Source of the DNA: Phoronis australis | Taxonomy: Eukaryota > Animalia > Phoronida | Assembly (NCBI GenBank): GCA_002633005.1 | Contig: NMRA01000744.1 | Span: 59,489-123,488 of the forward strand | Direction: 5' to 3' | Length of the DNA stretch: 64,000 nt | Part shown: positions 51,794 through 64,000 of the stretch, piece after piece | How the letters are laid out: each line of letters opens with the position of its first letter | Numbering within the stretch: position 1 is the stretch's first letter | Notes under the pieces: generated by a model | Told to the model about the DNA's origin: nothing | The model's input: only the letters and a program-made list of their open reading frames with translations | The model's database searches: none | Program-made: the position numbers and the translations under genes

Positions 51794-53698
51794 AATGAAA
51801 GATCGTAGCAGTTGTAATAATTGAGGCATGCAATACACTCAGTCACCTCCATGTACCAATGACTCAAATGTAAAATGTTAAGCGCAAACAAAAGTCCGAC
51901 TTTCCAACCGAACTCATCCACACGAACCATTTAACGAATACTGATGAGAAATGGTGAGGTGAAAGTATCTGCAGTTTGTATGCGTGAATTTTGACGTTAT
52001 AATTTTTGTTTGTGTACGTACAGTAAAGATTCGTAAGTATGATTCAATGATTCGCAAGGACGGTTCCATGCTCGTAGGGACTATTGACCTTCTTACGGAT
52101 AGCGAGTCTCGTGATACAAACAAAGCATTGTGGGATAGCGATCATTCCACGCAGTATCACCAGAGAGGTAGATACAAGATCAGGAGAGGTTTTAGTTTGT
52201 TTCGAGCAGTCAGAAGTCCATTATAGATACCAGTTAACACGCAGCATTTATTCAACAACTAACTGCTGCTAGCTAACTAAGCAGACGATCACCTGCGTGG
52301 AAATTTCTGAATTTTGGATTAGAAGACTTGTATCCCACAAATCTATGCTTTGGGATGTAGACAAATCGTTTTTCTCTATCCGTAGAAAGATCAACTATTG
52401 AAAGCCTATGAATACACGTAGGAGAATGAGTTAGACAAAGAAAGAATACCGCATAAAAGTTGCCTTTTTTGTAATCATAGAAAAACTAAACAGAAATTTT
52501 CGTTATCACATTATTTTATCGCGTACCCGATGTATAATCTCTGCACTCAAAATCTGAATAAAAATTTACCGATTGCATGGTACGCTTTGAATAATTTTAT
52601 AAATTGAAACTCGAATCGTGCCACGTGATTGGTTAAATTTCAAGTCTAAATTAGAGTGAAGTCTAAGTTTAGNNNNNNNNNNNNNNNNNNNNNNNNNNNN
52701 NNNNNNNNNNNNNNNNNNNNNNNNNNNNNNNNNNNNNNNNNNNNNNNNNNNNNNNNNNNNNNNNNNNNNNNNNNNNNNNNNNNNNNNNNNNNNNNNNNNN
52801 NNNNNNNNNNNAATGAAAGATCGTAGCAGTTGTAATAATTGAGGCATGCAATACACTCACTCACCTCCATGAACCAATGACTCAAATGTAAAATGTTAAG
52901 CGCAAACAAAAGTCCGACTTTCCAACCGAACTCATCCACACGAACCATTTAACGAATACTGATGAGAAATGGTGAGGTGAAAGTATCTGCAGTTTGTATG
53001 CGTGAATTTTGACGTTCACGGTTATAATTTTTGTTTGTGTACGTACACTAAAGATTCGTAAGTATGATTCAATGATTCGCAAGGACGGTTCCATGCTCGT
53101 AGGGACTATTGACCTTCTTACGGATAGCGAGTCTCGTGATACAAACAAAGCATTGTGGGATAGCGATCATTCCACGCAGTATCACCAGAGAGGTAGATAT
53201 AAGATCAGGAGAGGTTTTAGTTTGTTTCGAGCAGTCAGAAGTCCATTATAGATACCAGTTAACACGCAGCATTTATTCAACAACTAACTGCTGCTAGCTA
53301 ACTAAGCAGACTATCACCTGCGTGGAAATTTCTGAATTTTGAATTAGAAGACTTGTATCCCACAAATCTATGCTTTGGGATGTAGACAAATCGTTTTTCT
53401 CTATCCGTAGAAAGATCAACTATTGAAAGCCTATGAATACACGTAGGAGAATGAGTTAGACAAAGAAAGAATACTGCATAAAAGTTGACCTTTTTTGTAT
53501 TCATAGAAAAACTAAACAGAAATTATCGTTATCGCATTATTTTATCGCGTACCCGATGTATAATCTCTGCACTCAAAATCTGAATAAAAATTTACCAATT
53601 GCATGGTACGCTTTGAATAATTTTATAAATTTAAACTCGAATCGTGCCACGTGATTGGTTAAATTTCAAGTCTAAATTAGAGTGAAGTCTAAGTTTAG
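51794..53698. other. Apparent duplication of about 0.88 kb flanking a 139-N gap (52673-52811); probable assembly artefact
   Basis: 51794-52672 and 52812-53698 near-identical apart from SNPs and a small indel, both ending at the gap. Confidence 0.85.
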
Positions 53699-53789
53699 AG
53701 ATTAGACCCTCACCATTGCTCAAAAGGGGATACTAGACTTGCAAGTGTGTACATTGAACACAATATGCATAACGACAATTTCTGCAGTC

Positions 53790-54060
53790 TGTTTCGTGAA
53801 AAGCAAATAAGATTTAAGACAGAAATCTGTGTTACGCTAAACATAACTATTTCTGAAAAGTAAAACAGACTTTAGCAAAAGAACAGGCTATCTTAGAATA
53901 TATCCATGACAGCTACTTACTGAGATAATTTATTTTGTACATATTATTTCACAGCAGTGACGTGCTAATCACCACATAACAAAACCTTTTTTAGATAATT
54001 GTGAAATGGGCCTGTAAGCTCAAATTTCTGTCTTAAATCTTACGTCATTTTCATGAAACA
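53790..54060. mobile_element. Inverted-repeat element (MITE-like) in the VPS39 3' UTR
   Basis: About 46-bp arms: tgtttcgtgaaaagcaaataagatttaagacagaaat and its reverse complement at 54013-54060. Confidence 0.65.
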
Positions 54061-54309
54061 AACACCCCTCGGCTTGATAACAGAGCTCCAATTCAAGTCT
54101 CCATCAAAATGAACCAGACTAGACAATACAAAACTTATCTTCTAGATGTAGCTCAAGTAACTCATAATTCTTCGAGTATGTAAAATCAAATTAACAATGT
54201 CGACGTTTGCAAATTCAAACCAAAAACTAACATAACAGCGTGTTTGATGCTAATTGCCATAGGGTATTCACAGATTAAAACAAAATCTCACAGTTAAAAA
54301 CTCTATGGT

Positions 54310-54391
54310 TCAAGGCTCTACAGGGCACTTATCTGGGTCTTTGCAGCAGACGTAATGAACAATGACTCCATTCGGATACCTCGCAAAGGCA
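54310..54391 (-). CDS. VPS39: VPS39 terminal coding exon (AFARYPNGVIVHYVCCKDPDKCPVEP*)
   Basis: ttcttgtttttag acceptor; conserved AFARYPNGV.VHY.C; TGA at 54312-54310. Confidence 0.94.
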
Positions 54392-57300
54392 CTAAAAACA
54401 AGAAATGCAAAATTTCAGTGTCTGATTCACTAAACAATGTTGCAACAATTCTAATCAAATGAAGAAATTGGTAAAACACTACACAGAAAAGATTTGATGC
54501 ACAACGATTCACAAGCTAAGAATTTTGTTCTGTCCAAAGATTTTTCAGCAGTAGTACTGTTTCCCTGGACCATGGCAGCAATGGAAAAGCAACGTTAACA
54601 GCCTAGTAAAAGGCCCTCATCTTGATGTGTGTGAATGTACCATTATTACGTATTGTTTTCCTTGACCATGGAAACAGTGGAAAACCGATATTAACAAACC
54701 GGTAAAAGGCCCTCATCTTCGTGTGTGTGAACGTACTACCATTAAGAAACTACAATAACACTGACTGCACAGACAGTCGTGTGTTTGTTCAATGGATGTG
54801 AATGCACACACATCAAGCTGAAGGCCTTTTACAGGGCCGCTTGCATCACACTCCTATTATCACCACTCGTAAGGAGATCAACTATTAACGTTGAAAATGT
54901 CTCTCTAAGACAACCAAATAATTTTATTTTTCAAAACAGTAACATCAGAAAATGTTTGCCTCTTTAAACGTGACTAGCAATGGACCGTTAACTTAAGTAA
55001 AAATAATGACCTTGAGTGAAACAAGCCAAATGACAAGGGCCAAACAATCATATAACATTTTCTGCTGGATAAGTTTGAAAATCACCAATAGCACATCGCG
55101 CATTATGTCCAGCTTCTAAGCTTCAAATAATCAAGCTAGCAGTAAAAGGTTAAATTATTTGCACAAAATCTCACTATTTTTTAAACTTAATAATTAATTA
55201 AAAGAGTACGACAACGCCTCCATGTGTCATAATGCAGGGAAATTGAACACTTGCTTTTCTCGAAGCTTCTTCAGCCAATTTCAGCATCGAGAAAAACAAC
55301 TGCCATAACTCATACATCTTTTCCAAAATAGATATCTACAAGAGACCAATCAAAAAAGTGATTTCTCCTGAGTACATTTACTCTCACATGACATAAAAAT
55401 GAAAAATACCTTGTACCAATTCTCTTTCTACAGACTCGGCACATCTTCTCGCTGTTGATCATAAACTTTGTTCGCTGGTAAAACATCCTCTGCTCTTGGA
55501 CCTGTGGTAAAGCAAAACGTTTTGCAGAGGAAGAACCAAAACAACATGAAATTTCAAAAACATTCTAATAATTGGTACGAAGCTCTGTAATATGAATGCC
55601 ATATATGCGCATTTCTTTATGAGGAGCCAGTGTGGCCTAGTGTGATAAATGTCCGTTTATTTTACTCAAGGTCGTGGATTTAGAGACCAACTGGGGCACA
55701 CTGTTAGACTTTCCAGTCAGCTCTCTAGCTCCTTAGCTTTGTATTAACTATATGTTAATAAACCATTAAAATGGTTCCAGGTGATCAGTGCAATGGGCCC
55801 ACTTGAGAGGCCTGCATACGCCTGGTACAATATGTACAAAACCATGTGCAATAATTATTTGTCTCTAATATGCCCATTTTTAGGACCAGGCACCTACATC
55901 TAAAAAAATTGTGTTTGAGGAAAATCTTACTCAAGTGTTTTACATATAGGCACACGCACCTAACCTTACGTCAAGCCCAGGTGGCAATTTCTTGTACATG
56001 TGCACATCTTAAATTGGGCATTACTTGTAGTTGTTTTTTTTTACCCATTCTTGTTACTTTCCATTTAAAGGGAAATTATCACTTTTATGGCCATGAAGCA
56101 CATTTTGGGATCATTGTTGAACAGGACAGACTTTTTGGAGTCATTAGTTTTGACCAGAACTATAAAACAAAATCGGTTGCGATTTTGTGATTTTACCAGA
56201 AATCCACAATTCTTGCCGTTGTCTGCCAGACATTTGCTAAAATCAAGGCCGATGTCTTTAACACAGTCAGTTAAATACGCCTAAAACACTCTGGCATTTA
56301 TAGAGTGTGGCTTAGCTCTGCCAACAGACCATTAGGCTGGGACTTTGACGGTGCTAGAAGTGAATATCCACACTAGGGCTGATCTCATAAATTACTTTTC
56401 TCGCCAATAATGTACTGTTAAAATAATTACTCGTCGATGTGCACCATTTTGATACAGACAGGTTAATTTTCAGTCACATAATATTTTACAAACCTACTCT
56501 TCAGTTTTATTCAAGTGCACTATACAACTTTAGGACCATTTAGGGTAAAAAAATGAATGGAAAACCTAAGCAAACATTAAAGGCAGCGAAAGCTCCAATC
56601 TTTCTTTGAATGATAAAGACTAAATAAATCGTTCTAGCTAAAATGTTGGCGTTACACTGCCACTCTATACACAGCTAAATTTTGTAGTAACGAAGGGTAG
56701 CAACACTCAGCACAGCATCTCAAAGTTTCATATGAATCGGGACACCCGTTTTGTAACATAAGCCTCCTCCAAACTTGGACACTTTTCTACAGTCCTATTA
56801 ATCGTTAAACACAAAGTAATCTAAGTTAATAGAATTTAGAGTTCAAATTTCGTAGAGCAAATCGTGAAACCAAGTTGTCACAGGAGTGAGCTTCATATAA
56901 AATATATAGACTTGCATCAGTAGAAATCAAACACAAATGCATGTAGTCGGAAGGACAATAAATGTATTAAAGAAACAGGTGTCCAGAAGTGCTTCAACAG
57001 TTTTGCGAGTCAATGGGCATGGATATAGAGTGACCTTTTCACATGTCAATGCACAACTGCGCAGTTGTCGCAAAGAACACGTTCAACTTAAAACTCACAA
57101 GATACTGTTTTTCGTAATTTTGAGTATTTAGTACCACTGATTGAATTTCCAAGCAAAACGTGCTTTGACAAAGTTCTCCCTGCTTTGAATGTTGCTAAGT
57201 CAAAAAAATATAAATAATCAAACTGACACGTGAGCATGTCACAAGCAAACAAAGACATTTTAACTTACCGTTAAATTTTCTGAGTACCGCAAACTTTTTA

Positions 57301-60300
57301 AAATTTGTGCATTTCGTTTAGTCTTCTCGCGATCTTCTAATACCGTTTCCAAAAAGGACAACACGTCACTGATCCCAATGCATGTTGGGAGGATAGCTAG
57401 CACCTGAAAGCAGACAATAATTTTATAACAATTCCGTGGCTGTTGTTGTCTGATCCAATCCAAAATGTACAACCATGTTTTTAACACACCAAACTGAATT
57501 ACGTAAAGTATAAATGTTTCCTATATAAACATAAGCCTAATGAAACATTTTCAAAACAAAAAATAATCAATGGCATACCATAATAAGTCTGCACAACAAA
57601 GTCACTTTTCATTAAACATACCTTAGAAGTATCCATTTTTGTAGCCTGTTCCTTGAGAATTTTCAGAGCTGCACCGATATTTGGTTTTGAGTCCTGGTGA
57701 GAGAGTGATCCCTTGGCTGTGGCTGGGTTTGGCGGTTGGAGATACATTTTCAACAAGGACAAGTAGACCTACAGGAAAATGTAATCCATTTAATCTGATG
57801 TACCACAAACATGATGACGCAAATCCAATTTTGAAAAAGAAATTAAGTTTAATTAAGCGCTACGTCGGCTGGTGAAAATTACCAAGCTCAAAATGAGCTA
57901 AAACTAAGAATGCATGGCTTATTAAGCCTTTGTAACCATAGAAACCACGAGGTGTTGACTTGCCGTGTTTCACAGCTTCATTTTTGTAAGGATCGCAAAG
58001 TCAAATTAAAGTATTTGTGTCAGCCCTGTCTGAAATGCGGTGTCTCACGGTAATATTCACATTATCTAAACAGTGCTCAAAATAACCTTAAATCATGCAC
58101 AGTGGTTTAGTACCCAATGAAACAAGACAGACGCAGATTCTAAAGTGACAAAATCAGAGAATGAACCTCTTTAAGGCCCTTCAACGCAATCCTTGAGAAT
58201 CATTGTTTTGTTTTGCGGTTTGGAGTGGAACCCAAATTGAATGTTTTGCTTTCTAAATACGTCAAGTCGGCATTTCTAATTAGACATGTTAAAACTATTG
58301 ACCCAATAGAGTTGATGGAATTCTTCAATGGGAATATTCAGCACCACTAACTTGATGTGCTCGAGTGTGAAGATAATAATTTCTGCTTTCGACCAACTTA
58401 GCTCGGCTGAAGAGTTTAACACAACCTAATGACCACGTTCCTGCACGTCTGACCAAAGCATAAGCAGCACCGCAAACTACTTTTCAACTTGGCTGGTCTA
58501 ACCTGGACCACAAGTGACAGGGTTTAAAAATTCTTACACAGGTGAAAAGAAAACAAGTTGTGGAAACAAGACAGATTTTCTGCACGAGAAACATGATTCT
58601 ACTTACATCTCGACTACTTTCCCCGTCTCTTTCATAGCTCACCTTGCAATGCCTGACAGAAGAACAAAATACATCTGAATTTAGTGCAAACCAGTGACAG
58701 CTAGAAATCAAACTCAAAGCAAGACATACACAACTACAAACGATTGTTTTCGACATTCTTTAAGACATACTGCTTCAGCTGACACTGCTTTGTACAAAAG
58801 GCTTGACATAATGACCTGCAGGTCTCATTTGCAACCTGAAATCTGGAAAAGCGAGCTGAGATTTTGGTCAGCTTGTATTAGTCCCACGTGTGTGTGACTT
58901 GAGAATACTGAACTTAGACAAGATGAGTCATATCGCCAAAAAAATACATCGACAACACTTTTTATTTAAGGCGAACAGGAAATTACGAGTGCCACAACAC
59001 ACACCAGAAAGCACCCCAATATCGACTTTTTGGTAGCCAAAGCGACCTGGGATCTGTGTGTCAGAGCTGAATTTCGGATTTGCGAGCTGGGATTTTGGCC
59101 AAGCCACAAAAGACGACCTGGTTATATTCGTACTGTCCAGATCTGGTACAAAAGCACAACATGAGACCTTTAGTTCAAGCTAATGTCTAGATAAAAAATG
59201 GAATCTTCAAAGAGCCTAATTGCAAAAGGTGATTTCTTTAGAAGGTAAGGAAACAAACACGTCTTGCACAAGGATATGAAAAGAAGTAGACCCTGTTTGT
59301 TCCACAGAAGAATACATTCACAGGGAATGTGATTGGCCAGATGCGAATCGATCTCGAAATCCTTGATACCAGAGTTATCTGCAGATAGATCCATCTTCAC
59401 ATAAGCCAGATACAGCACGGCATACATTTGATGGAATCTTAAAACTTTCCCCAGTTTCATAGGAAATGGCCAACAAAACCGTTGCTAAAGTAAGTCATCA
59501 ACAATGAAGTCCTGCCAGCAGCGACAATTATACATTCACAACAATGTTGTGTGGTGGCTACAGTATACACTCCATCAACTACAGTCTACTTAGCATGCTG
59601 TTTTAACATGTCGCTGTGGCGACCTGTTTGACTGCAGTTGCACCACATTTGAATGGCCTCCAATAGATTTGAACTGTCCCCGTTCCTTGACGCAATTAGG
59701 TTTTCAGGTGTTGGGAACACTGCTAAGTTATACTGTTTGTAAAAAGTAATGTCGTCCATTTTTAAATATAAAAATTTGAACAAACATTTTTTCTGCATGC
59801 CCAAGCATGTATTTGAATTTGACTTTTGGTCCCTAAACTGATATTTTCCAAGTGTGCACCTCCAGCTCATCTTGCAGAAAACTCTAATATTATGGCTGTA
59901 ACCTGTTCCAATTCAACATGTCTGACACAACAACCAAATTCTTCTTGGCGTCTGTGTAAAAGCGGTCAAAGAGAAATCTTTTAAAATCCAAATAATACGA
60001 CACTTATTTCGTATAGCGTGAATCTGTAAATACTAAAATGCAGGATCGAAGCAAGCACTTCACGAAAGTGAGGGTGGCAACAACATTAGAAACTCAAATT
60101 GTACGTACTCCTCTGCCATTTCATAGTCGTGTAGTGTATGAATGTAAATAGCCAGTGCATCCTCATGTCTCCCAAGTCGGCCAAGCAATAGAGCCCGCTC
60201 TTCGAAAAATCCTGAAAGACGACAATGTCACAGGTTATCCATTTAGACTTTATTGCTTCAGGATAGTTTCTTCCAATAATTCATCTAAAGACAAATCGCA

Positions 60301-63300
60301 ACGGTATGTGAACAGATGGCACTGTGCAAAGATTTAGATCTTGAAACCGAAGAGACAAGACAGAGATGAAGAACAATGTTCTGTCCTCTACAAGAGGACT
60401 TTTGCCAGCCAAGGCGTTTTGTCATGTGACATTTCATAAATCACGTATCACTGTGAATTTGTTACGCTTTAATTTGTAAATCCATGAACATTTTTGCAGT
60501 ACAAATATTTAAAGGAACATGTTCTTCTGTCATACTTTCAAAATTATAAGTTATAAACAGGTTACTAAACTACCAAAATACTATTCATATCATGCAAGAA
60601 AACGAATTTTACCCACGAACAACTCAGCCCGATGATTGGCTGTAAAAGAGTGAAATGTTCAAACAACTCAGCCAGGTGATTGGCTCAAAAGAGTGAAATG
60701 TTCAAACAACTCAGCCAGGTGATTGGCTCAAAAGAGTGGGATGTTCAAATAACTCAGCCAGGTGACTGGCTGTAAAAGAGTGGAATGTTCAAACAACTCA
60801 GCCAGGTGATTGGCCGGAAAAGAGTGGAATGTTCAAACAACTCAGCCAGGTGATTGGCCGGAAAAGAGTGGAATGTTCAAACAACTCAGCCATGTGATTG
60901 GCCAGAAAAGAGTGGAATATTCAAATGCCATTAAACCTTGGGATCTAATGTCTGAACTAAAGCTCCAAATTATTTTTTGATATTATCTGCAGATCTACTA
61001 AGTGTGAACTCAAGAAAGTGTCCATGATTGTAGGCTGAAGTGTGGTTTCCCAGGTGAGTGTTTTGTACAAGTTTGCTCTCGATAACCTCTGGATTCAAGT
61101 TATTCGAAATTCCGAGCTCAGACCTCGAATTATGGCTTAGATATCATAAAGTGTAAAGTAGAATTTAGATATTTGTCTATGTAAACTGTAATACCCTTAT
61201 TACGTCAAATAAACGAACGAGCGTCTTAAGTTTGAAATGAGTCAATATCTATTGCTTTAAAACAAGGCGAATGTCTTCATTGTAACAAACTGATATAACA
61301 TCCAGATGGTGCACTACTACATAAACCACAATTGTACTGGAGTACAGAATGATTAAAACTTTGAGTAAGCACCCACCCTCGGCTTCTCAAAAACACAGAA
61401 TTTTTAGTGCTTATGTTTGGACCGATGCCACCCCACTCACTTTTTAGTTCTCGACTCTATGTGCCCTGGCAGTAACCTGGACGAGAATAATACAATAAAT
61501 ATCTACCATCATAGCGCAGTCCATGCACGTACAAAATACATACCATCGAATGGGAAGTAGGTGAGAAGCCTCTCTGGCTGATAGAACCGTGACATCTTTA
61601 GGAAGCTAATCAACTTCCGTCTCACCTCACCGAGTTCCCCGGGTTCTGTCCCCGCCTTTACAGGCTCAAGACCCTCAGGCATAGTTTGTGGGTATTCAGG
61701 CATGAGTGACTGGGCCTTCTCTCGATACAAGTTGATGAGCCGATTGTGAAAGGCAGGAGTTTCGTCCTGCCATGTGCAGATTATGTGGTCCTATAGGATA
61801 ATACTGGAGTTTTAAAGAGACCCTGTCTGCCTTATTGAAGTAATGATTTTAAATTTGTGATGACATCCTGGCTGTAAGTTCCGAAATATGAAAGGTAAAC
61901 TCAATGAGTGTGCCAAAATTTACAAATCATATCGCTAACAGTGCGACTCAATATGGAAGTCTACTATTCAAAAGATTTGAAAAATCTACGAAAGCAGAAA
62001 TACAAGCTGGCAAACTTCATGTTCCTGTACGGATAGATTTCGCAACAAATCTGCCACTAAAAGCAACAACTCAAGAAATTTCAAAATCTTATTGCAATGC
62101 AATAAAATGTTTCATACTTAACACAAATAGGTAGAGCCTTATAACTTTACCACACTCCATATTTTGTACAAAAAACAATTCGTAAAACATTTAACAACTG
62201 AAGACACAAAGATTTTAAGTGTCGAAAACTACAACTTCATGAGACTGGAATATCAAAAAGAAATGCCGTCACTAACCAAATACATCAGAACCAACTCCTT
62301 AGAAGCCTTGGAATGATCGGTGACATTTTCTTGGTCGATTTCCTTAGATATCCGATCCAAATAGCTCACGACTCTATCTCGAGGTAAACCTTCCACTTCA
62401 GGTAAATCCTCAGTGAAAATCTGGGAAAAAGGAAGAGCACGTCATGTGACACGTATAAAGTCTCCTCATTGGTCGACTTGAAAACTACAGTAATGAAACA
62501 GCTGAAGGAAAGATTGCAATGCATCTATAGTTGTGCTAGGTTAAAGCACTTGGAATGTGACATCTTTTTCAATTAAGACTTCTCATGGCATTCCTAACAG
62601 TTTTTTCTCAGCCCACTGGAAAAGTGCCCACTCTTTAGACAGCTGATCTTGACTTTCAAGAGCGAAAACATTTAGTCACCAGATGCTAAATCAGCAATCA
62701 GTCTTTAAGCACAGGGATATTTGAATTGAAATGTGCGCAGTTTTAAATGTGGTAAAATTGCACCAATTTCGAACACAATATGGCAGACAAGTGAAATTTT
62801 ATTTTCCCAGTTTTTCCATAAACAATGTAGCACCAAATTAATGTTTTCCTAAGTTCACATTACGTACCATAGCTATCAGCAGACGATATTTAGAAAAAAT
62901 GGTTATTCAAAACAGTGTTTGAAGACCTTGAAAAATAAAAAGGCATTATGGGAAATTACATTTATCTAAAACTGCTGAAATTTTACTATTTAATACTAAT
63001 TGCAAAGCCCTTAGTGTGATTGATACAAGATAAAATCTGGGATCGTGATAAAAATAATTTGTCGCACAAGTTTAAGAGAGTGTTGTCACAAGCACTCAAC
63101 TCAAAACACGTTTTTCTTCCGTGACACGACTCTTGTCAACGAGCACAAGTCTACTGGTGCTTAGTTGACTAAGGGTGAGCCTCCACTAAATACTATGCAA
63201 CAGTTTCCTAAATTATAAACAAGCGGCTGCGTACACATACCCTCATACCATCTTCAGGATTTGCTTTCAACACCCAACTGGCAAACTGGAAAATGAGGTC

Positions 63301-63314
63301 CAAGTGTTCTGAAC
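54310..63314 (-). CDS. VPS39: VPS39/Vam6 (HOPS subunit), last 9 exons, about 355 aa; 5' part lies beyond the right edge
   Basis: Spliced translation includes IFTEDLPEVEGLPRDRV, FPFDGFFEERALLLGRLGRHEDAL, VYLSLLKMYL and the C-terminal CRVCRKRIGTSAFARYPNGVIVHYVC zinc-finger-like motif, all recognisable from human VPS39; GT-AG phases consistent. Confidence 0.95.
55410..55501 (-). CDS. VPS39: VPS39 exon (VQEQRMFYQRTKFMINSEKMCRVCRKRIGT)
   Basis: 92 nt; CxxC of the C-terminal zinc finger. Confidence 0.92.
55623..55860 (+). mobile_element. Degenerate tRNA-derived SINE-like element
   Basis: A-box-like TGGCCTAGTGTG and degenerate B-box GATTTAGAGACC; body (ctggggcac...ctctagctccttag...gatcagtgcaatggg...) recurs at 63452-63617. 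Confidence 0.55.
57269..57403 (-). CDS. VPS39: VPS39 exon (VLAILPTCIGISDVLSFLETVLEDREKTKRNAQILKSLRYSENLT)
   Basis: 135 nt; donor gtaagt. Confidence 0.92.
57622..57768 (-). CDS. VPS39: VPS39 exon (VYLSLLKMYLQPP...KMDTSK)
   Basis: 147 nt; GT-AG. Confidence 0.92.
58607..58652 (-). CDS. VPS39: VPS39 exon (HCKVSYERDGESSRD)
   Basis: 46 nt; ttcttctgtcag|...|gtaagt; restores phase 0. Confidence 0.88.
60109..60211 (-). CDS. VPS39: VPS39 exon (FFEERALLLGRLGRHEDALAIYIHTLHDYEMAE)
   Basis: 103 nt; conserved EERALLLGR motif; donor gtacgt. Confidence 0.93.
60618..60925. repeat. 43-44-bp minisatellite x7 in a VPS39 intron
   Basis: Unit aacaactcagccaggtgattggc..aaaagagtggaatgttca. Confidence 0.95.
61544..61790 (-). 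CDS. VPS39: VPS39 exon (DHIICTWQDETPAFHNRLINLYREK...LLTYFPFD)
   Basis: 247 nt; overlaps ORF 61509-61730; donor gtatgt. Confidence 0.93.
62277..62420 (-). CDS. VPS39: VPS39 exon (IFTEDLPEVEGLPRDRVVSYLDRISKEIDQENVTDHSKASKELVLMYL)
   Basis: 144 nt; ttttcccag|...|gttagt. Confidence 0.92.
63241..63314 (-). CDS. VPS39: VPS39 exon (GSEHLDLIFQFASWVLKANPEDGMR)
   Basis: 74 nt; resembles human GTENLHLIFSYSVWVLRDFPEDGLK. Confidence 0.92.
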
Positions 63315-63451
63315 CTGAGGAAATGATTAAGACAAGACATTAATAGCCAAAACAGAAGTGTTCCATGCCTCTTCAGGTACAAAATATTGATTACCACCAT
63401 GTGGCGTTTCACGACACACAAGTTGAAACAGTACCGACAGAAAGCCAGTTA

Positions 63452-63617
63452 ATCTGGGGCACAATACTAGACCCTTGAGTCAGGTCTCTAGCTCCTTAGT
63501 TCAGGTTTAATCACATATTCATAAAACATAGAAACACTTTCAGGAGATCAGTGCAATGGGCTCACCTGTGCACGTCCGTTACAACGTGTACCAAACTGCC
63601 TGCAATTAATGTTTATT
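63452..63617 (+). mobile_element. 5'-truncated copy of the SINE-like element at 55623
   Basis: Colinear shared blocks ctggggcaca / ctctagctccttag / ttcag.gatcagtgcaatggg / tacaa.tgtac. Confidence 0.55.
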
Positions 63618-64000
63618 AGTTAACCTGGGGTCCTTTACATCCACATTGATCTTATGTGAATGTCGTAGCTTAGATTCAGACTAGCATTAGAATTGGTTTG
63701 TATTTTTGCCTTGACCAGTTCTTGTTGTACAACCTCCCACAAATTTTACAAGGTCTATCAATAGTTAAACTACATGGGGAGCCTGTTTCATGAATACTTA
63801 CTTGAGCCTTATAAGTAAACGTTAAGACAACAATCTGTATTTTTGAAAATAATTAATTGTCAGTTGAGCACAAATGCAAACTCTGAGAATATACACATAA
63901 CTGCAAGTTAGATAATTTCTATCAATTATTTCTAGAAAGTGATGCACTCACGATTACTCGGCTAATTTTTTTCAGCAATTGTGAAGTGGGAGCCTAATAC

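Noticed and set aside
51914-53504. Duplicated small ORFs on both sides of the gap
   Set aside because: No recognisable protein or splice structure; duplicated only through the assembly overlap, within probable UTR
60618-60925. CRISPR-like regular array
   Set aside because: Head-to-tail units with no unique spacers, in a eukaryotic intron; an ordinary minisatellite

Overview
Eukaryotic, intron-rich, AT-rich animal genomic DNA, probably from a highly heterozygous invertebrate (inference), not prokaryotic. There are two minus-strand genes in tandem. (1) The 5' part of a conventional beta-spectrin gene: 13 coding exons traced by hand with GT-AG boundaries and a continuous frame from the ATG at 33052 to 4464, about 782 aa covering CH1-CH2 and spectrin repeats 1 to mid-5; the gene continues past the left edge. 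(2) The last 9 exons of VPS39/Vam6 (63314 to stop at 54310), with a likely long 3' UTR. Three apparent tandem duplications (7317-12487, 34305-34909, 51794-53698) each straddle an N or N-gap and look like haplotype/contig-overlap assembly artefacts. The introns hold MITEs (one family with 6-bp TSDs), a tRNA-like SINE and several minisatellites. The most interesting signals concern spectrin isoforms: an alternative short N-terminal exon ([13 protein letters not shown], 25463-25502), further candidate first exons, a cluster of candidate tiny exons with Rbfox motifs in the large intron interrupting spectrin repeat 5, and tandem repeats that have copied splice signals. All isoform calls are sequence-only predictions and need RNA data.
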